A stretch of DNA of 64,000 bases from assembly GCF_964355755.1 (NCBI RefSeq), contig NC_092671.1:33552304-33616303 (forward strand), written 5' to 3'. The position numbers and the translations under genes were made by a program. Shown here in pieces: positions 24,399 through 38,395 of this stretch (position 1 is the stretch's first letter; each line of letters opens with the position of its first letter). Under the pieces are notes generated by a model. That model had not been told where the DNA came from. It worked only from the letters and a program-made list of their open reading frames with translations, and did no database searches. This stretch comes from Antedon mediterranea (Eukaryota > Animalia > Echinodermata).

Positions 24399-27350
24399 TT
24401 GATACATGCATCAGTAACACAAGGTACACAAACAACGTACCGTAGATGTTGGCAGAAGTTTTATAATTTTTTGATGAAACATACATTATCTTCCAATCTA
24501 CCTGTCTCCTTGGAAAATGTTTCTCTGTTCATTTGCCATCTGTCTGAGTTCGAGTTCGTTCCCCTAACGGGGTTTTATTTCCACAATATTTAGGCCTCTG
24601 GCCCTTATATCTTATATACAAATCATACAATAATATTTTCTGGTTGGGTTGCAAAATAATATTTTCTATTTTCGTAAGCTAAATAAACAAAATTTGCTAA
24701 ATCTTGGACTACTCTAGTGTTACACATTAAAAAATAAAACTTATTTAAACAAGGGAACGTGTGATAAAAATTAGGAATATATAAGTTTCTAAGTTCGGAA
24801 TAATATGGACAGACTAACATAAAATGAAATTCGTCTTCAATAGAATTCATATTGCATAATTTACATAAACGGTTTTGAAGTGGGATTTTGTTCCATCTTC
24901 CCTTTTCTATTTCCAAATCTAACACTCCTAAACGAAATTTTGTGAATATATTTTTACGTTTCCAATCTTTTAAGTGTAACAAATGATAACTTATTTCAAT
25001 TTTCGTTTTAAAATACTTAAAATATTTTAGTTTTGAATGTAAAAAAATTGTTCAAAATATTTTTGTTTTTCTAAATCAATCAGTCGTAATTTAAATTCTT
25101 TAATAAATAATTTCTTGTCTTCAATCATTTGATTGTACCAAACATAACCAAAGCCGGTTGAACAAAGTAAATGTTTTACCTGACTAGCCCAGCAATATTC
25201 ATTTCTGTTAATTTTTCTTAACTGAAAACTGTAACATTTAAAAATAAATCTATTTTTATCCATGTCAATAATATGCAACCAAAAACGAATAATTGAAATT
25301 AAACAATCGACATGCAAGGAAACTCTGCCTAATTCTGTAGTTACGGCTGCGCTAGGGGCACTTTTTCCAATGTTCAAAATAAACCTCGCAAAACGCGTGT
25401 GGAAATTATTAATAATTATTTGGTAAGAAAACCCCCATATTTCACTGCCGTAAATTAAAATTGGTAATATTTTTGTGTCAAAAATATAATTCCATGTATT
25501 TTCTGGTAAATATTTCATATTTCGACTAATAAAAGATTTAACGGAAAATAACGCGTTGTTTGCTTTTTGACAATTATATTCAAGTGCTTTGTTCCACTGG
25601 CCATTTGAACTAAATACCACTCCTAAATAATTATAAGTCGTAACAACCTCCATTTGAATATTCCTGTAATACCATTTTTCAAAATATTTTAGTTTCCCAC
25701 CCTTTTTAAATACCATTATTTTTGATTTATTTATGTTTACACTGAGACCCCATGTGTCACAAAAATGTTCGAGTTTATTTATTAAAATTTGTAAGCCCCT
25801 TACCGTATCTCCAAATTATACTAAGTCATCAGCGTATAATAAATGATTGATAAAGCTGTCTTCAACTTGTATTTTGTCGCTATCTCTACTCTGATTTAGA
25901 TCATAACTTAAATCATTCATAAATATGTTGAAAAGTAAAGAGGATAAAGGTGAACCTTGTTGTATTCCAATAGAACAGTCAAATGGAAATGTCACTTTGT
26001 TACCAATTTTTACATGTGCAGACAAATTGTTATACATAGACTGAATTATATTGTACATATTACCATTTACACCTATTCGTTTTAATTTAAGTAAAAGAAA
26101 ACTATGATTTATACTATCAAAGGCACGCTTGAGATCAATGAAACAGCAGAATACCCTACCTCGTTTTTTACTTAAATATTTTGCAATGATACTATTTAAA
26201 ATAAAAATATTGTCGAATGTGCGAAAACCCTTACGAAAACCTGCTTGCTCTTGATAAATAATGTTGTTATTTTCAGTGAAGTGGTCTAATCTTGATTTAA
26301 GGATGTGTAACAACATTTTGCCAAGTATCGGAATAAGAGCAATGCCTCTGTAATTTTCTGGCTTATTCTTTTTGCCCTTTTTGTAAATAGGAATTATCAT
26401 GCTCGTCGCCCATTGTGTTGGGAATTGGCCCAACTGAAAAATTGAATTAAAAATAAGTTTTAGATTATCAAATAATAAATTGGGTGCATTTAAGATATAT
26501 TCTAAAAACATACCATCCATACCAGGAGATTTTCCTGATTTCTGCATTTTCAATGCTTGTTTGATTTCACCCAAGTCAATTTCTGAATTGAGGTTATCGT
26601 TTTCGTTAAGTTGGGCATGTCGCCAAGTACAATCAGAACATATTTAAGTTCTATATCATTCACACATAAAATAAACAATATGCCTGACCCAACGAATGCC
26701 CCTAACATTTCAATTATTCTCAGAGGTGTCAGCAAGCAGTACACCAATTCCAATTCACAGACTCGTAAACCATTGCTGCCTATTAGCACCAGTGTATTAC
26801 AGCAGCTTCTAGCGCACCTCCACCTCGCTACAAGAAATAAGTATGACATGCTCATGTACAAAGCACTGTTTCTCATTTGCTACTACGCCTGCACGAGAGC
26901 AAGCGAGGTTGTATTATCCACAAACCCACAACATGTCATATTAGAAAAGGATATAGAAATCAATGACACATGCATTACTATATGCTTCCGTTCATACAAG
27001 CACCGCATTGGCAAACGCAAAAAATGTAACATCAAAGAAAAACGTGGCATCCCGCTCTGCCCCGTTGAGGCGCTGAAACGTTACAGGTCTATTAGACCAG
27101 CAGCTACTGGACAATTTTTTGTGTTCCAAACAGGTTTGCCCTTACAACGGAAACACCTGAGCTGCATTCTTAAAAAAAGCTGCTTCGCATACCACTTTAG
27201 ATTACACACGTTTCAATACGCACTCATTCAGAATTGGTAGGGCTACACAACTACATAACATGGGAGCAAGTGAGATGGAGATCATGACCACTGGTAGATG
27301 GAAAAGCGATGCGTACAAACAATATATACGACCACATTGCATAACTTTAA
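24399..27350 (+). pseudogene. Tyrosine recombinase, interrupted by a LINE insertion
   Basis: N-part 24399-24548 (...LFICHLSE) joins in frame to 26611 (LGMSPSTIRTYLSSI...); catalytic ACTRASE; after a frameshift at about 27175, HSFRIG, GRWKS and YKQYIR. Confidence 0.92.
24551..26608 (-). mobile_element. 5'-truncated LINE (RTE-X-like; clade not certain)
   Basis: RT motifs KSPGMDG, NYRGIAL, QAGFR, IQQGSPLS, LLYADD; C-terminal RLCKLC...EDEFHFMLVC; AATAAA and a GAACTC-repeat tail at the left end; AGTT duplicated at 24547-24550 and 26609-26612. Confidence 0.9.
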
Positions 27351-27443
27351 GTAACAAGTAACATTACAAATTGTTAATGACCCCATAGGCATGTACTCAA
27401 AGCCATGATTAATATTCTGTCAGCTCGACACGCACATGTTTTC

Positions 27444-27870
27444 AGGCATCTGCCCAGGCAGTGCCTGTTAGTTAGTATAAGGTTACAGGCATCTGCTCAG
27501 GCAGTGCCTTCTGTTTAGTATTATGGTTCCGGCATCTGCTCAGGCAGTGCCTTTCTGTTTAGTATTGAGGTTCAAGGAATCTGCTCAGGCAGTGCCTTTC
27601 TGTTTAGTATTAAGGTTACAGGCATTTGCTCAGGCAGTGCCTTCTGTTCAGTATTAAGGTTACAGGCATCTGCTCAGGCAGTGCCTTCTGTTCAGTATTA
27701 AGGTTACAGGCATCTGCTTAGGCAGTGCCTTCTGTTTAGCATTAAGGTTAAAGGCATCTATTTAGGCAGTGCCTTCCTGTTTGTATTAAGGTTACAGGCA
27801 TCTGCTCAGGCAGTGCCTTCTGTTTCAGCAATTAACGTGTTCTCGCCATCAGCTCAGGCAGTGTTTTCTG
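27444..27870 (+). repeat. Minisatellite, about 44-bp unit, about 10 copies, each with an internal hairpin
   Basis: Unit CAGGCATCTGCTCAGGCAGTGCCTTCTGTTTAGTATTAAGGTTA. Confidence 0.93.
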
Positions 27871-30800
27871 CATTACCGTATTATAACTGGCAGTGCATTC
27901 TATCCTTCATCATACCAGTTCGCCGAGCGGGGCCTACTGTTTTGGTTCAAATAAATCTGTTCGTGTTTTTCTTTTGGAAGAGTGAACATTCTTGCGTCCA
28001 CCCTGCATTTACATGGGATGCTCTTGGCGGTGTTTTACACCTGCCATGGGCTTTTTTCTGAGCATCCATGTGATATTAGAATAATAAAATCTGCGTCTAA
28101 CTTTAATTATACATATCCACAATCACATGCAGGTTACACGTTTAGAATGTTCATTTTTCCAATAACATGTTTATATGCCAGAAAATGATGTTGTATGCTT
28201 TTTCTTAAGTCTCTGTGTATCAAAACATTCTTTGTTCTGCCAAGCTTGTGATAACAAAACGTTTAAAAATATTGGAAGTATATTTAAATCGCTTTATATA
28301 TGCAATGTCGTGGATTGTTGGAGTCAAATTTGGTATTAACGTACAGATTAAAAATATATTGTCCGACAAAAACATGAACAATTAGGATCAATACTTTTAT
28401 TTTGTAGTTTTAATAAAGTTAATAACTTAATGTTTTCACTTATAAAATGACAAAATAAATGGTTAAAAGAAACCATTGGCTGGAAGCCAATTTGACAATT
28501 GTTTTGCTTTAAATTACAGTTTTAAATATTATTTGTTTCGATCCAATTTTTGGTCAAAGTGGACATCTTTAATGGCATATTCAATAAAAATGTTTTAAGA
28601 ATTAATTTTTTTCAGGATGCTTTTCTCAAGATATCAAAATTAGGACGGGAATCAGATGGAATCTAAACTATATTATTTTAGTGGTTTTATTTGAAAGAAA
28701 AATACGATTTTTGTGTTTTTTTTTGGCCTACATACATACGGTGACATTTATCCCCCAAATAAAGCAATATGAAAATTTCAATTTTACTCCGTATTATGTG
28801 ACAGTTTTATGTGACATAAATATTTCAAAGAATTTGTTTTCTTCATTGTAAGTCAAATTCTTTCAGTTTCCATGGTTACAAGACACTGTTAAAACCCACC
28901 AATTCATTTGCGGATTTATATAATTTAGAATGTTTTCTTCCAAAGATAACTTAAATTTCCACCTTTACCATTTTGGACTTTTGGCACACACTTGATTCTG
29001 GCCCAATGTGTGCGCAGCGGCACGTGTTCGATTCCCGGTATAGGATGGACAATTTCTTAATTATTTAGTTTGCCTGTATATTATTTACTCTAAAAATATA
29101 ATTCTTCAGCTAAACATGATCTGTAAAATAATATAATATTCATTGGCTATTTATATGTTGGTTGCATCATTATAGTTTATATTAAACTTTCCAGTATTTT
29201 ATTATTCAACTTCTGTTTCCAATAATATTCAATATAAACAATTAATTTTTATTATTATCATTACTGTAAATAATCATTGTATATATTTTATAATTAATAT
29301 TTATATTGGTCTTGTTTTTTTGTAAAAATCTACTGTAATATTATATCTTATTGTGGTTACCATTATAACAAATGTACGATTGATTGAATAAAGTTCACAT
29401 GTATATGCTTCAGTCTCTGAGCTAAACATCAATAGCGAGTTTAGTCATAGTAAAAACTAGCTAGAGCTATTAAACGTGGAACTGGTGTAAATATTGCACT
29501 CAAGGGTAGACCGCCTCCTCCATGCAAGTTTTACCTGGGTAACATGTCTCCCGATAATACCACTGATGATATTAAATTGCATTTAAAAACCACTAAGGAC
29601 ATTGATGCCGATGTTTCTTCGTTGCCCTGTAAAGTTATTGACTGTGCTTCTTTTCTGATTAAATGTGATGCAGTTCATATAAGTGATGTCTATGATACAG
29701 AACTATGGCCATTGAATGCAATAATAAGACGGTATTATTATACAAGAAACACTAAACGTGATGATGGAGGATGGTTCTAACATGTCATTATCCAAGCTGA
29801 GGTGTGTTTCCTATAACTGATAACTAATATAAGTCTTTTAAATCTCGCAAAAAAAGAAGTTTACGATTTATGCAATGACAATGATATTGTGCCATACAAG
29901 AACATTGGCTTAGTGATGATGAATTGTTCATACTTAAGTCATGTTGATTTTGATTGCGTTCGTGTTTCACAGGTCTGCAGTTCTGATGGTTTACTATTGG
30001 GTCGCCCTTATGGTGGTGTAGCCATTTTTTACAGAAAGACGTTATCTAAGTTTATCTCTTGCATTGATTTTAATGACAAAAGATTGATTGGAATCACAAT
30101 AGGTAAAGGATCTAATGTATCCCTTCTTATTAATGTTTATCTTCCCTATGACGATAATGCTGATAATTTCATTGAGTTTGTTGATTATCTAGGAAAAATT
30201 CAAACGATTATTAATGAATTTCACAGTAACAAAGTTGTAGTTTGCGGTGACTTTAATGCTGACATAAATAGGAAATTTGGCAAAGAGCTTGTAAACTTTG
30301 TCTCTGAAAACGATTTGATACTGTCAGATTTATCTTACTTAGGGTTTGATTCAGATAACTTTACATTTTTAAGTGAATCCCATGGAACCACTAGTTGGTT
30401 GCATCATATTGTGTGTACACATGGAGCCAATGCTTGTGTAACTAAAGTAGATATTTTGTATTATATTTTAGGATCTGATCATTTCCCTTTGTTATTTGAA
30501 TTTTCGATCTCTATAGGCTTACAACAATGTAAAGGTGCTAATAATGAAATTGAATCTAAACATGACTACGTTAACTGGGCTAAAGTTAACGCCGCTGATA
30601 TTGAATATTATGCTACATGTACTGATCATTTACTAAGTAATGTTAAAATTTGTACTGATGCACTAACTTGTAATAATATTAATTGTAGCAATGAGAGTCA
30701 CCGCTATTGATGACCTGTATAACAATATTGTTGCTTGCCTAAAACGTGCATCTAGTGAATATTTAAAGCCCTCTAGGTCTAAGTCATATAATGTTGTGCC

Positions 30801-31489
30801 AGGCTGGAATGATTATGTTTCTGATCTGCATTCTGTTGCTCGTGAAGCCTTCTTATTATGGAGAACTCACGGCAAACCCAGGAATGGGCCCTTGTTTCAT
30901 TCTATGAAAATGTCTCGTTGGCGTTACGCAAGTGTAAACATAATGATCAACAACTGAGAGCTGATAAATTAGCTCAGTCTTACAGTAATAGGGACTAAAA
31001 AGGTTTTCGGGAAGGTGTTAAGCATATGAATGATACTAGAGCTAATACCTCTGAAGTTATTGATAATGTTAGTAGTGAATACAACATATGTAACCATTGG
31101 GCCAAACGTTATGATAATCTGTTTAACTGTGTGGATAACACGACTCATAAAGCATTTGTAGAGCAGACTCTAGAATACTGTCCGCCTGAGATTGGTATTA
31201 ATGTCACTCCTGATCTTGTATCTAATTGCATTGATAAACTTTCTGTAGGAAAATCACCCAGACTTGATGGTTTGGGTGGTGAACATCTTAAATATGGTAG
31301 TAAACGACTTAATATCCTATTGAGTTTATGCTTTAATGCTATGCTGTGTCATGGTCATGTAACTAAAGATCTTGTTAAAGTTATTCTAGTGCCGATTGTT
31401 AAGAGTAAATCAGGTGATATTACTAATAAGAATAATTATAGACCTATTGCTTTAGCGTCTGTATTATCTAAGGTGTTTTAATCTATTTT

Positions 31490-34400
31490 TAAATTTTTTT
31501 TATAGTTTTTTTTTTATTATTATTCATATTTCATACAGAGAAAAAAATTAAAAAAGGAAAAAATAAACAAAAAGACGTGTCTATACCAGCAGTAAAAAAG
31601 ATTAATATTATAATAAATTAATAAAGTCTACCCATTGTTTCTCAAAATCATTTGATTCTCCATTTTGTCTTGCAATATACCTTAACATCATTAAATAATT
31701 TCGTATATAAATATTTAAAGCCTTAATACTTGGCAGAGTTTTACCAATTCTACATTTATAAATTAAATACTTTGTAAGAATAATAATTGTCTTGAAAGAA
31801 TTTCATTTAGCTTCGATTTTGTACAGATGACAAATTTCGTTTTTGTAAAAGCACAAGTTAACGGAGTACTTACTCGAACGTTTCGATCTCTATCAGAGAT
31901 CCTTCTCAACTGACTGTTGAGTTTGGTACATGATTGTGTACACAATCATGTACCAAACTGGGAGGCTACCATCTTAACCAAAGAGCCTAAACGCAAAGAC
32001 AGACAGATTAGAGAATCATTACATATAAGGAGAAATAAGGAGAAGACCATGAACCGGGACACTGGAGCCCACGAACTCTCGCATTTGTACAATGATTTGA
32101 TAGACACATCACCTGGCCGAGCCCCACACAACCTCCAACCTACAACCGGAGGCGTACGACGTCATCAACAGATGACGTCAAGAATGACCAAGCTGCATTA
32201 ACACTCCGCAGTCAGTTGAGAAGGATCTCTGATAGAGATCGAAACGTTCGAGTAAGTACTCCGTTAACTTGTGCTTTTACAAAAACGAAATTTGTCATCA
32301 ATAATAATTGTATTAAACAGAAAAACATTGTGAAATATCTCCAAACAAAATCGAATCAATTGTAAAAGTTATTTTTTTTAAAGGAAATACTAATTTTGTG
32401 TTCTATATTTGACCAAAGTGGTTTTACATATTTGCAGCTTACAAACAGATGAGGAAGTGTTTCAGGTACATTGTCACAGAAAGTACATGCTTCATTTTGT
32501 CGAATACCGATTCTTGTCAAAAAAACATTTGTTGCAATTATTCTATTATTTATTCTATATTGGAACCATTGTAGGTTTGTTTGTCTGACACATTTAAAAG
32601 GAAGTTTGTACATTTGTTTCAGTTCCTAATCTGTTTTATTGACATTAATTTTTTCTTCCCATTTTCTCATACTTTTCGGTCTGACAAAAACATTTTCTTT
32701 AAATTTGTTGTAAAAAGCTTTACACCCTGTTGGATTTATAATAAAAATATCTAAATGAAAAGGAATTATTGGTGTTTGCAGTTTAGTCAAATTATTTATA
32801 TTGTAACTATATTTTATTGAATTAATTATACCTTGGTACTGTAAAAAATTACATTGAATATTATAATGTTTTTTGAAATGTTCCCATGACATAAAAAGAT
32901 TTTTTTTTCTGAACTTAATACATCGTTAATATAAACTATTCCCCTTTCATACCAATTTTTTTTAAAACACTGGCCTATTGGCAACTTTTATTTCGTTATT
33001 TCCCCACAAAAATATTCTTGGGATATCTAAAATTGTTTCTGGGTAATTACTTTGATTCAGATTATTCCAGGCAGTTACAACATCATTCCAAAAAGGCATT
33101 CCTTTCAGAAGTTAAAAAAAACACTTTTTCCCGACATTATACCACTCATAAGAGGAACAAAAAAATTAGAAAGAGATTTCCATTTACCCGAAGAAAGCAT
33201 GTATCTCCGGATCCATGTTAACTTTAAGGACTGAAAAAAATCTTCTATTTGAACCATATTAAAACCGCCTTGACTGTGATCTTTACAAATTTGTTTTCTA
33301 CTTATTTTCTAACTAGATTTCCAAATAAATTTAAAAAGTAATGTATTGAGCTTTGCAACAAAATTTGTATTGGGGTTTGGTATGGTTAGAATTATGTGAT
33401 TTATTTTTGGAATAATTAGAGATTTTACAATTGTAAGCCTTCCAAGAGGCGTGAGATATCTTTTTGACCATTGGGCTAGTGATTTTTGTATAGATGTCAT
33501 ACGTTTAATATAATTTAGTTCTGGCATTTGTAGTAAACACAATACATGGTGCAAAGAAGATTAAAGTGTCCATCATCTGGCCAATAGAAATCTTTTTCTT
33601 TACAAATTCTTTCTTTACAATGCGTTTTGCTCCCAATCCACATGTTTTTTGGTAGTTAACCTTTAAACCAGATATGTTGTAAAAACTATCTAACTCTTTA
33701 AATTCTTCTAGCATTCTGATTTTAAACTCGGTGCCTTCTATATTAATACCTTTCATGTACTCATTTGATCTGATATTTTTTGCTAACACCTCAATACATA
33801 AAATAAATAAATATGGTGAAAGAGGGTCGCCTTGACGTCATCCTCTTTGTATATATTAAAAAAAGGTGTTGGGTAACCATTTACAAGAACACTTGATTTA
33901 CATTCGGTGTAAACTAGGATGTCGTACATTGTTCTAGTACACTCACCTATATATCTACCCTTCATGAAACCTGGTTGGTCCTCATTAATTAGAAGATTTA
34001 AAACACATTTATTCTTTCGGCTATACATGATGAGGCACCCTTATATACAACATTTAAAAGTGAAATAGGTCTCCAGTTTTGAATCAATTCACGTGGTTTA
34101 TCAGATTTAGGTAATAGTATTATTAAACCCTGTGTTTGACTATTGAGAGATGACCTGTATCGAATGCATAATGAGTTAACAACAAATTGTCCCAGACTTT
34201 TCCAAAAAACTTTAAAAAACTCTACTGAAAAACCATCTGTGCCAGGACTTTTGTTATGTTTCATTTGTTTGAGGACTTTACTAACTTCTTCAAATGTGAG
34301 TTTCCCTTCTATTTTTAATTTATCACTTTCAGCTAAAGTTGGTAGTTTAGCACCCTTTAAAACCTCCTCAGCCTTGGCTGTATCAATAGGGTGTTCACTG

Positions 34401-34507
34401 TATAAATGTTTATAGAAAGTATATTTGCTTTCTTTAATTTCTATTTGCTATTAACTAAAGTAGAATCGTTTTCTTTTATGCAGGTAATTATAGATTGATT
34501 GATTATA
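31490..34507 (-). mobile_element. 5'-truncated, decayed L1/Tx1-clade LINE
   Basis: KSPGTDGFSVEFFKVFW, NWRPISLLN, WSKRYLTPLGRLTIVKS, zinc motif CTFC..ETLPHLFVSC; A-rich tail at the left; 15-bp TSD GTTT(T/G)AATCTATTTT at 31475-31489 and 34508-34522. Confidence 0.9.
31826..32299 (+). mobile_element. Penelope-like element remnant with 91-bp inverted terminal repeats
   Basis: 31826-31916 is the exact reverse complement of 32209-32299; the internal ORF fragment WEATILTKEPKRKDRQIRESLHIRR...MNRDTG resembles the C-terminus of a PLE GIY-YIG endonuclease. Confidence 0.85.
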
Positions 34508-35064
34508 GTTTGAATCTATTTTGATCAGTAATTGCGGTAACTCACTGGAATTCAATGACTACCAATTTGCATTTAAAGCAAAGCACTCGACTGATACGTG
34601 TATCTTTGTATTAAAACATGTAATTGACTACTACAATAGAAATGGTAGTCCAGTTTTTGCCGGCTTTCTAGATGCCAGTAAGGCTTTTGATCGAGTCAAT
34701 CTCTGGATTCTTTATAATAAGCTCATTAACAATGGTATTAATCTTTGTATTGTTAAATTGCTTAAATGTTGGTATGAGAAACAGAGTTTTGTGATACGTT
34801 GAGGAAACTCTGTTTCAAAAGCATTTACAGTATCTAATGGAGTTAGACAGGGTGGGGTTATGTCCCCTCTCCTTTGTAACATATATATCAGTACTCTTAA
34901 TTGTAGACTAAGTGGTTTGTGCCAGGGTTGCCAATTTAAAAACATTATCTTGAATCATCTTATTTATGCGGATGATCTTGTTCTACTTGCCCCCTCAGTT
35001 GCTGGTCTCCAGCAATTGGTACATGTTTGTGAAGAGTTTTCGCAAGAGAATGATGTTTTATTTA

Positions 35065-38000
35065 TTTTATTTATTTTACTTATCTTTTTGCGTCATGTAC
35101 ATTATATATAATATTAATTTTTCAACTGTATAATGATTGATAGTGTAACTTCGAATCTACCTAACTTTAATCCGTTAACTCACAGCCTTGATAATTTTGA
35201 TGAGCAGTCAGCAGATTTAATCGACCAATTAAACTCGAAATCAACTACTCTTGATAACTGCTCATATTATGATTGTGACAAGTTTAATTCAACCTTCACA
35301 AATGATTCCAATACTAGCCTTTCCCTTTTTCATCTGAACATTAGAAGTATTAAAACTAAAGTAGACCCACTCATACCTCTGTTAGACAATTTAAGCATTG
35401 ATTTCTCAATAGTAGGTCTCTCAGAGACATGGCTACATGATAACTCGCAAACTTCCTCCTTACATAACTATACTTTTTTCTCTAAAAATAGGTCAACTAG
35501 AATTGGTGGTGGTGTTGCTTTATTTGTTCATAATGATATAAATGTTAAAATCAGACATGACATCTTGCTTCCTCTGCCTTATGAATCTCTATTCATTGAG
35601 CTTAGTAACCATAACAAAAAATCTACTGTTGTCGGTATAATATACCGTCCACCTGGAAGTTGTATTGACCATTTTTCTGAATCACTAGACAGTGTTCTAA
35701 GTAAAATTGATTCTGAAAATAAGAAGTGTCACATTATGGGGGATATAAATATTGATCTAATTAAATATCATAATCATCCCAGCACTGGAAATTATCTTGA
35801 TCTACTTCTTTCACATTCTTTTTATCCCACTATATCGAAACCTACCAGAATAACTACAACAACTGCCTCTCTAATTGATCACTTTTATACCAACCAAACT
35901 CATTTTAATATTTCCTCCGGTGTTCTTATTACAGATATTTCTGACCATCTTCCCATTTTTCAACTTATTCATGATGACCAATGCCATTATAACAAATCTA
36001 CTGATAGACAGTCTCCCCGCATACAGGATGTTAATGCCTTTTGTAATGACATCATAAACGAAGATTGGTCTGAAGTTTATAACGCCACACCTAATCTCGC
36101 TTTTGACACATTTTTATTAAAATTCTATAATATACATGACAAACATACCACCTATAAATCTGTACCCAAAACTAAAATGTCTAAACAACCATGGATGTCG
36201 CCTGGTCTTAGAAAATGTAGTAAAAAAAAGCAAAAATTATACAAAAAATTTTATCACAAGATCCTAATCGCAAACTAACATACACAAAATATAACAATAT
36301 GTTTAATAAGCTTTGCCGCACTGCAAAAAAGAATTATTTTTCTTTACAATTTGACACGGTCAAAGGCAATCTTAAAAAAAACCTGTTCCATTATTAATTC
36401 TGTTTTATCCCCTAATAAGTCAAGTCGAAACTATCCCAAACAACTTACAATAAATGACAATACCATTACATCTGAAATAGATATTTGTAATCAATTTAAT
36501 AAATATTTTTCTCAAATTGGCACTTCACTTAAAAATGCAATGCCAGATTCCTTAATTAATCCAAAATCATATCTTCCTGATCCCCTTCTCCATTCTTTCT
36601 TTATAAATCCTGTAACTGAACATGAAGTGATGATAATTATAAATGATCTTGATCCAAAGAAAGGAGGTGGCGATGATAGAGTTACACCATACGTTATTAA
36701 ATTGATTTCTCCATTCATTATTAATCACCTTACGTTCTGTATTAATTCATCTTTTTCTTCAGGTAGTTTTCCCAATTATTTAAAGTTAGCAAAAGTTATT
36801 CCAATTTTCAAGAAAGGTAGACAAGATATACTTTCAAATTACAGACCCATTTCACTACTTAGTACCTTTTCCAAAATCATTGAAAAATTAATGTACTCCC
36901 GTCTCTATGAGTTCCTGGATTGCAATAACGTACTCTTTGCTCATCAATATGGTTTTCGTAAATGTCATTCCACTTCACATGCAATCCTTGATCTCATAAA
37001 TAATGTAACAAACTCCTTTGAAAAAAGAAAATTTTTGTTATCTGTCTTTGTCGACTTATCCAAGGCCTTCGATATTATAGATCACCGTATACTTATTAAT
37101 AAACTTAACAATTATGGAATCAGGGGTATTACCTTAAACTGGTTTCGTAGTTACTTAAGTATGAGGAAGCAATATGTCTCGTTTGGTAATTGTATGTCAC
37201 CGGAGGAGGAGATGACACGTGGGGTGCCACAAGGGTCGGTTCTTGGCCCTCTCTTTTTTTTAATTTACGTAAATGACTTATCCAGAGTCAGTGACACCCT
37301 CCATGTTATCTCCTTTGCTGATGACACTACACTATTTTTTTCTCATTCAGATTTAAAAGTTTTATTTTCTATAGTTAATAATGAATTGTCAAAATATAAT
37401 GACTGGTTCATCTCAAATAAACTCCTTATAAACTCCATGAAAACCAATTACATTCTTTTTCATACACAACGTCAATCGTTAGACCTTACTGATTACAATA
37501 TATTTATTAATGGAGATAACATTAAACAAACGTCAGAGACTATGTTCCTTGGTGTTTTAATCCAGGAAAACTTGAGATGGACCAGTCATCAGAATCATAT
37601 TGCAAATAAAATTTCTAAAACAATTGGGATTATAAATAATCTTAAGCACACTTTTCCCCGGCGTATCCTTCTTTCATTATATAATTCTTTAATTTTACCT
37701 CATCTTTATTATTGTAACATTATTTGGGCTGCTGACTATCCATCACATCTCGATAAACTTAATAAGCTGATTAAGCGTGCTATTAGAAATATTACTTGTA
37801 CGTCTCGCATTACTCCATCTGAACCTTTATTTTATGAACTTAAGTTACTGAAGTTAGGTGATATACATAAATTGCAAAGTGCCTCTTTTGTCTTTCAATA
37901 TTTTTCTAACAATCTTCCTTCTCCCATGATGAATTTATTTAACACTGCTGATTTCAACCATGGTCATAATTTAAGAAGTACTGTTCATAAGTTTCAGTTA

Positions 38001-38395
38001 ACTATTCCTTTTGTTAGATTAACTAGTTCTTCTCACTTTATTTATGTTTCTGGCCCTAAAATTTGGAATCAATTAGATACTAGTATTGTTAACTCTTCCT
38101 CTCTCCCAACTTTTCGTAAAAAACTTAAAAGTAATTTGTTATCATTGTACTCAATCTAGACCTTCAAACTGTTTTTGTCATGACTTTTTTTTATTTTATT
38201 TAATAATTATATACAAATGTATTTTTTTCTTTTGTTTATGGGTCTTGCGTGACAAGTATTCTCTTCTTGCAAGATCCTCTATTAATGGTATTTTTTGTAT
38301 TTTCTCATTATAAATTATCATTCTTTTTTATTGTATTGTTATACCATTGATAGAAACTAATAAATGTTGAATTATTATTATTATTATTATTATTA
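35065..38395 (+). mobile_element. L2/CR1-group (Crack-like) LINE with near-complete ORF2
   Basis: APE ORF 35133-36278 (HLNIRS, LSETW, IYRPP, GDINID, SDHLP); RT ORF 36351-38159 (NYRPISLL, QYGFR, DLSKAFD, GVPQGSVLGP, FADD); AATAAA plus (TAT)n tail; TTATTTA at both junctions. Confidence 0.92.

Larger units (their letters stand above)
20300..27870 (+). mobile_element. Decayed DIRS/Ngaro-like tyrosine-recombinase retrotransposon; linkage of the upstream SGNH ORF is inferred
   Basis: Co-oriented SGNH ORF, gag-like ORF, RT/RNase H and tyrosine recombinase, with minisatellites on either side of the gag-RT-YR core. True termini not identified. Confidence 0.8.

Noticed and set aside
24399-27350. Phage integrase or prokaryotic contamination
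   Set aside because: The recombinase is linked to DIRS-type gag and RT and is interrupted by a eukaryotic LINE.
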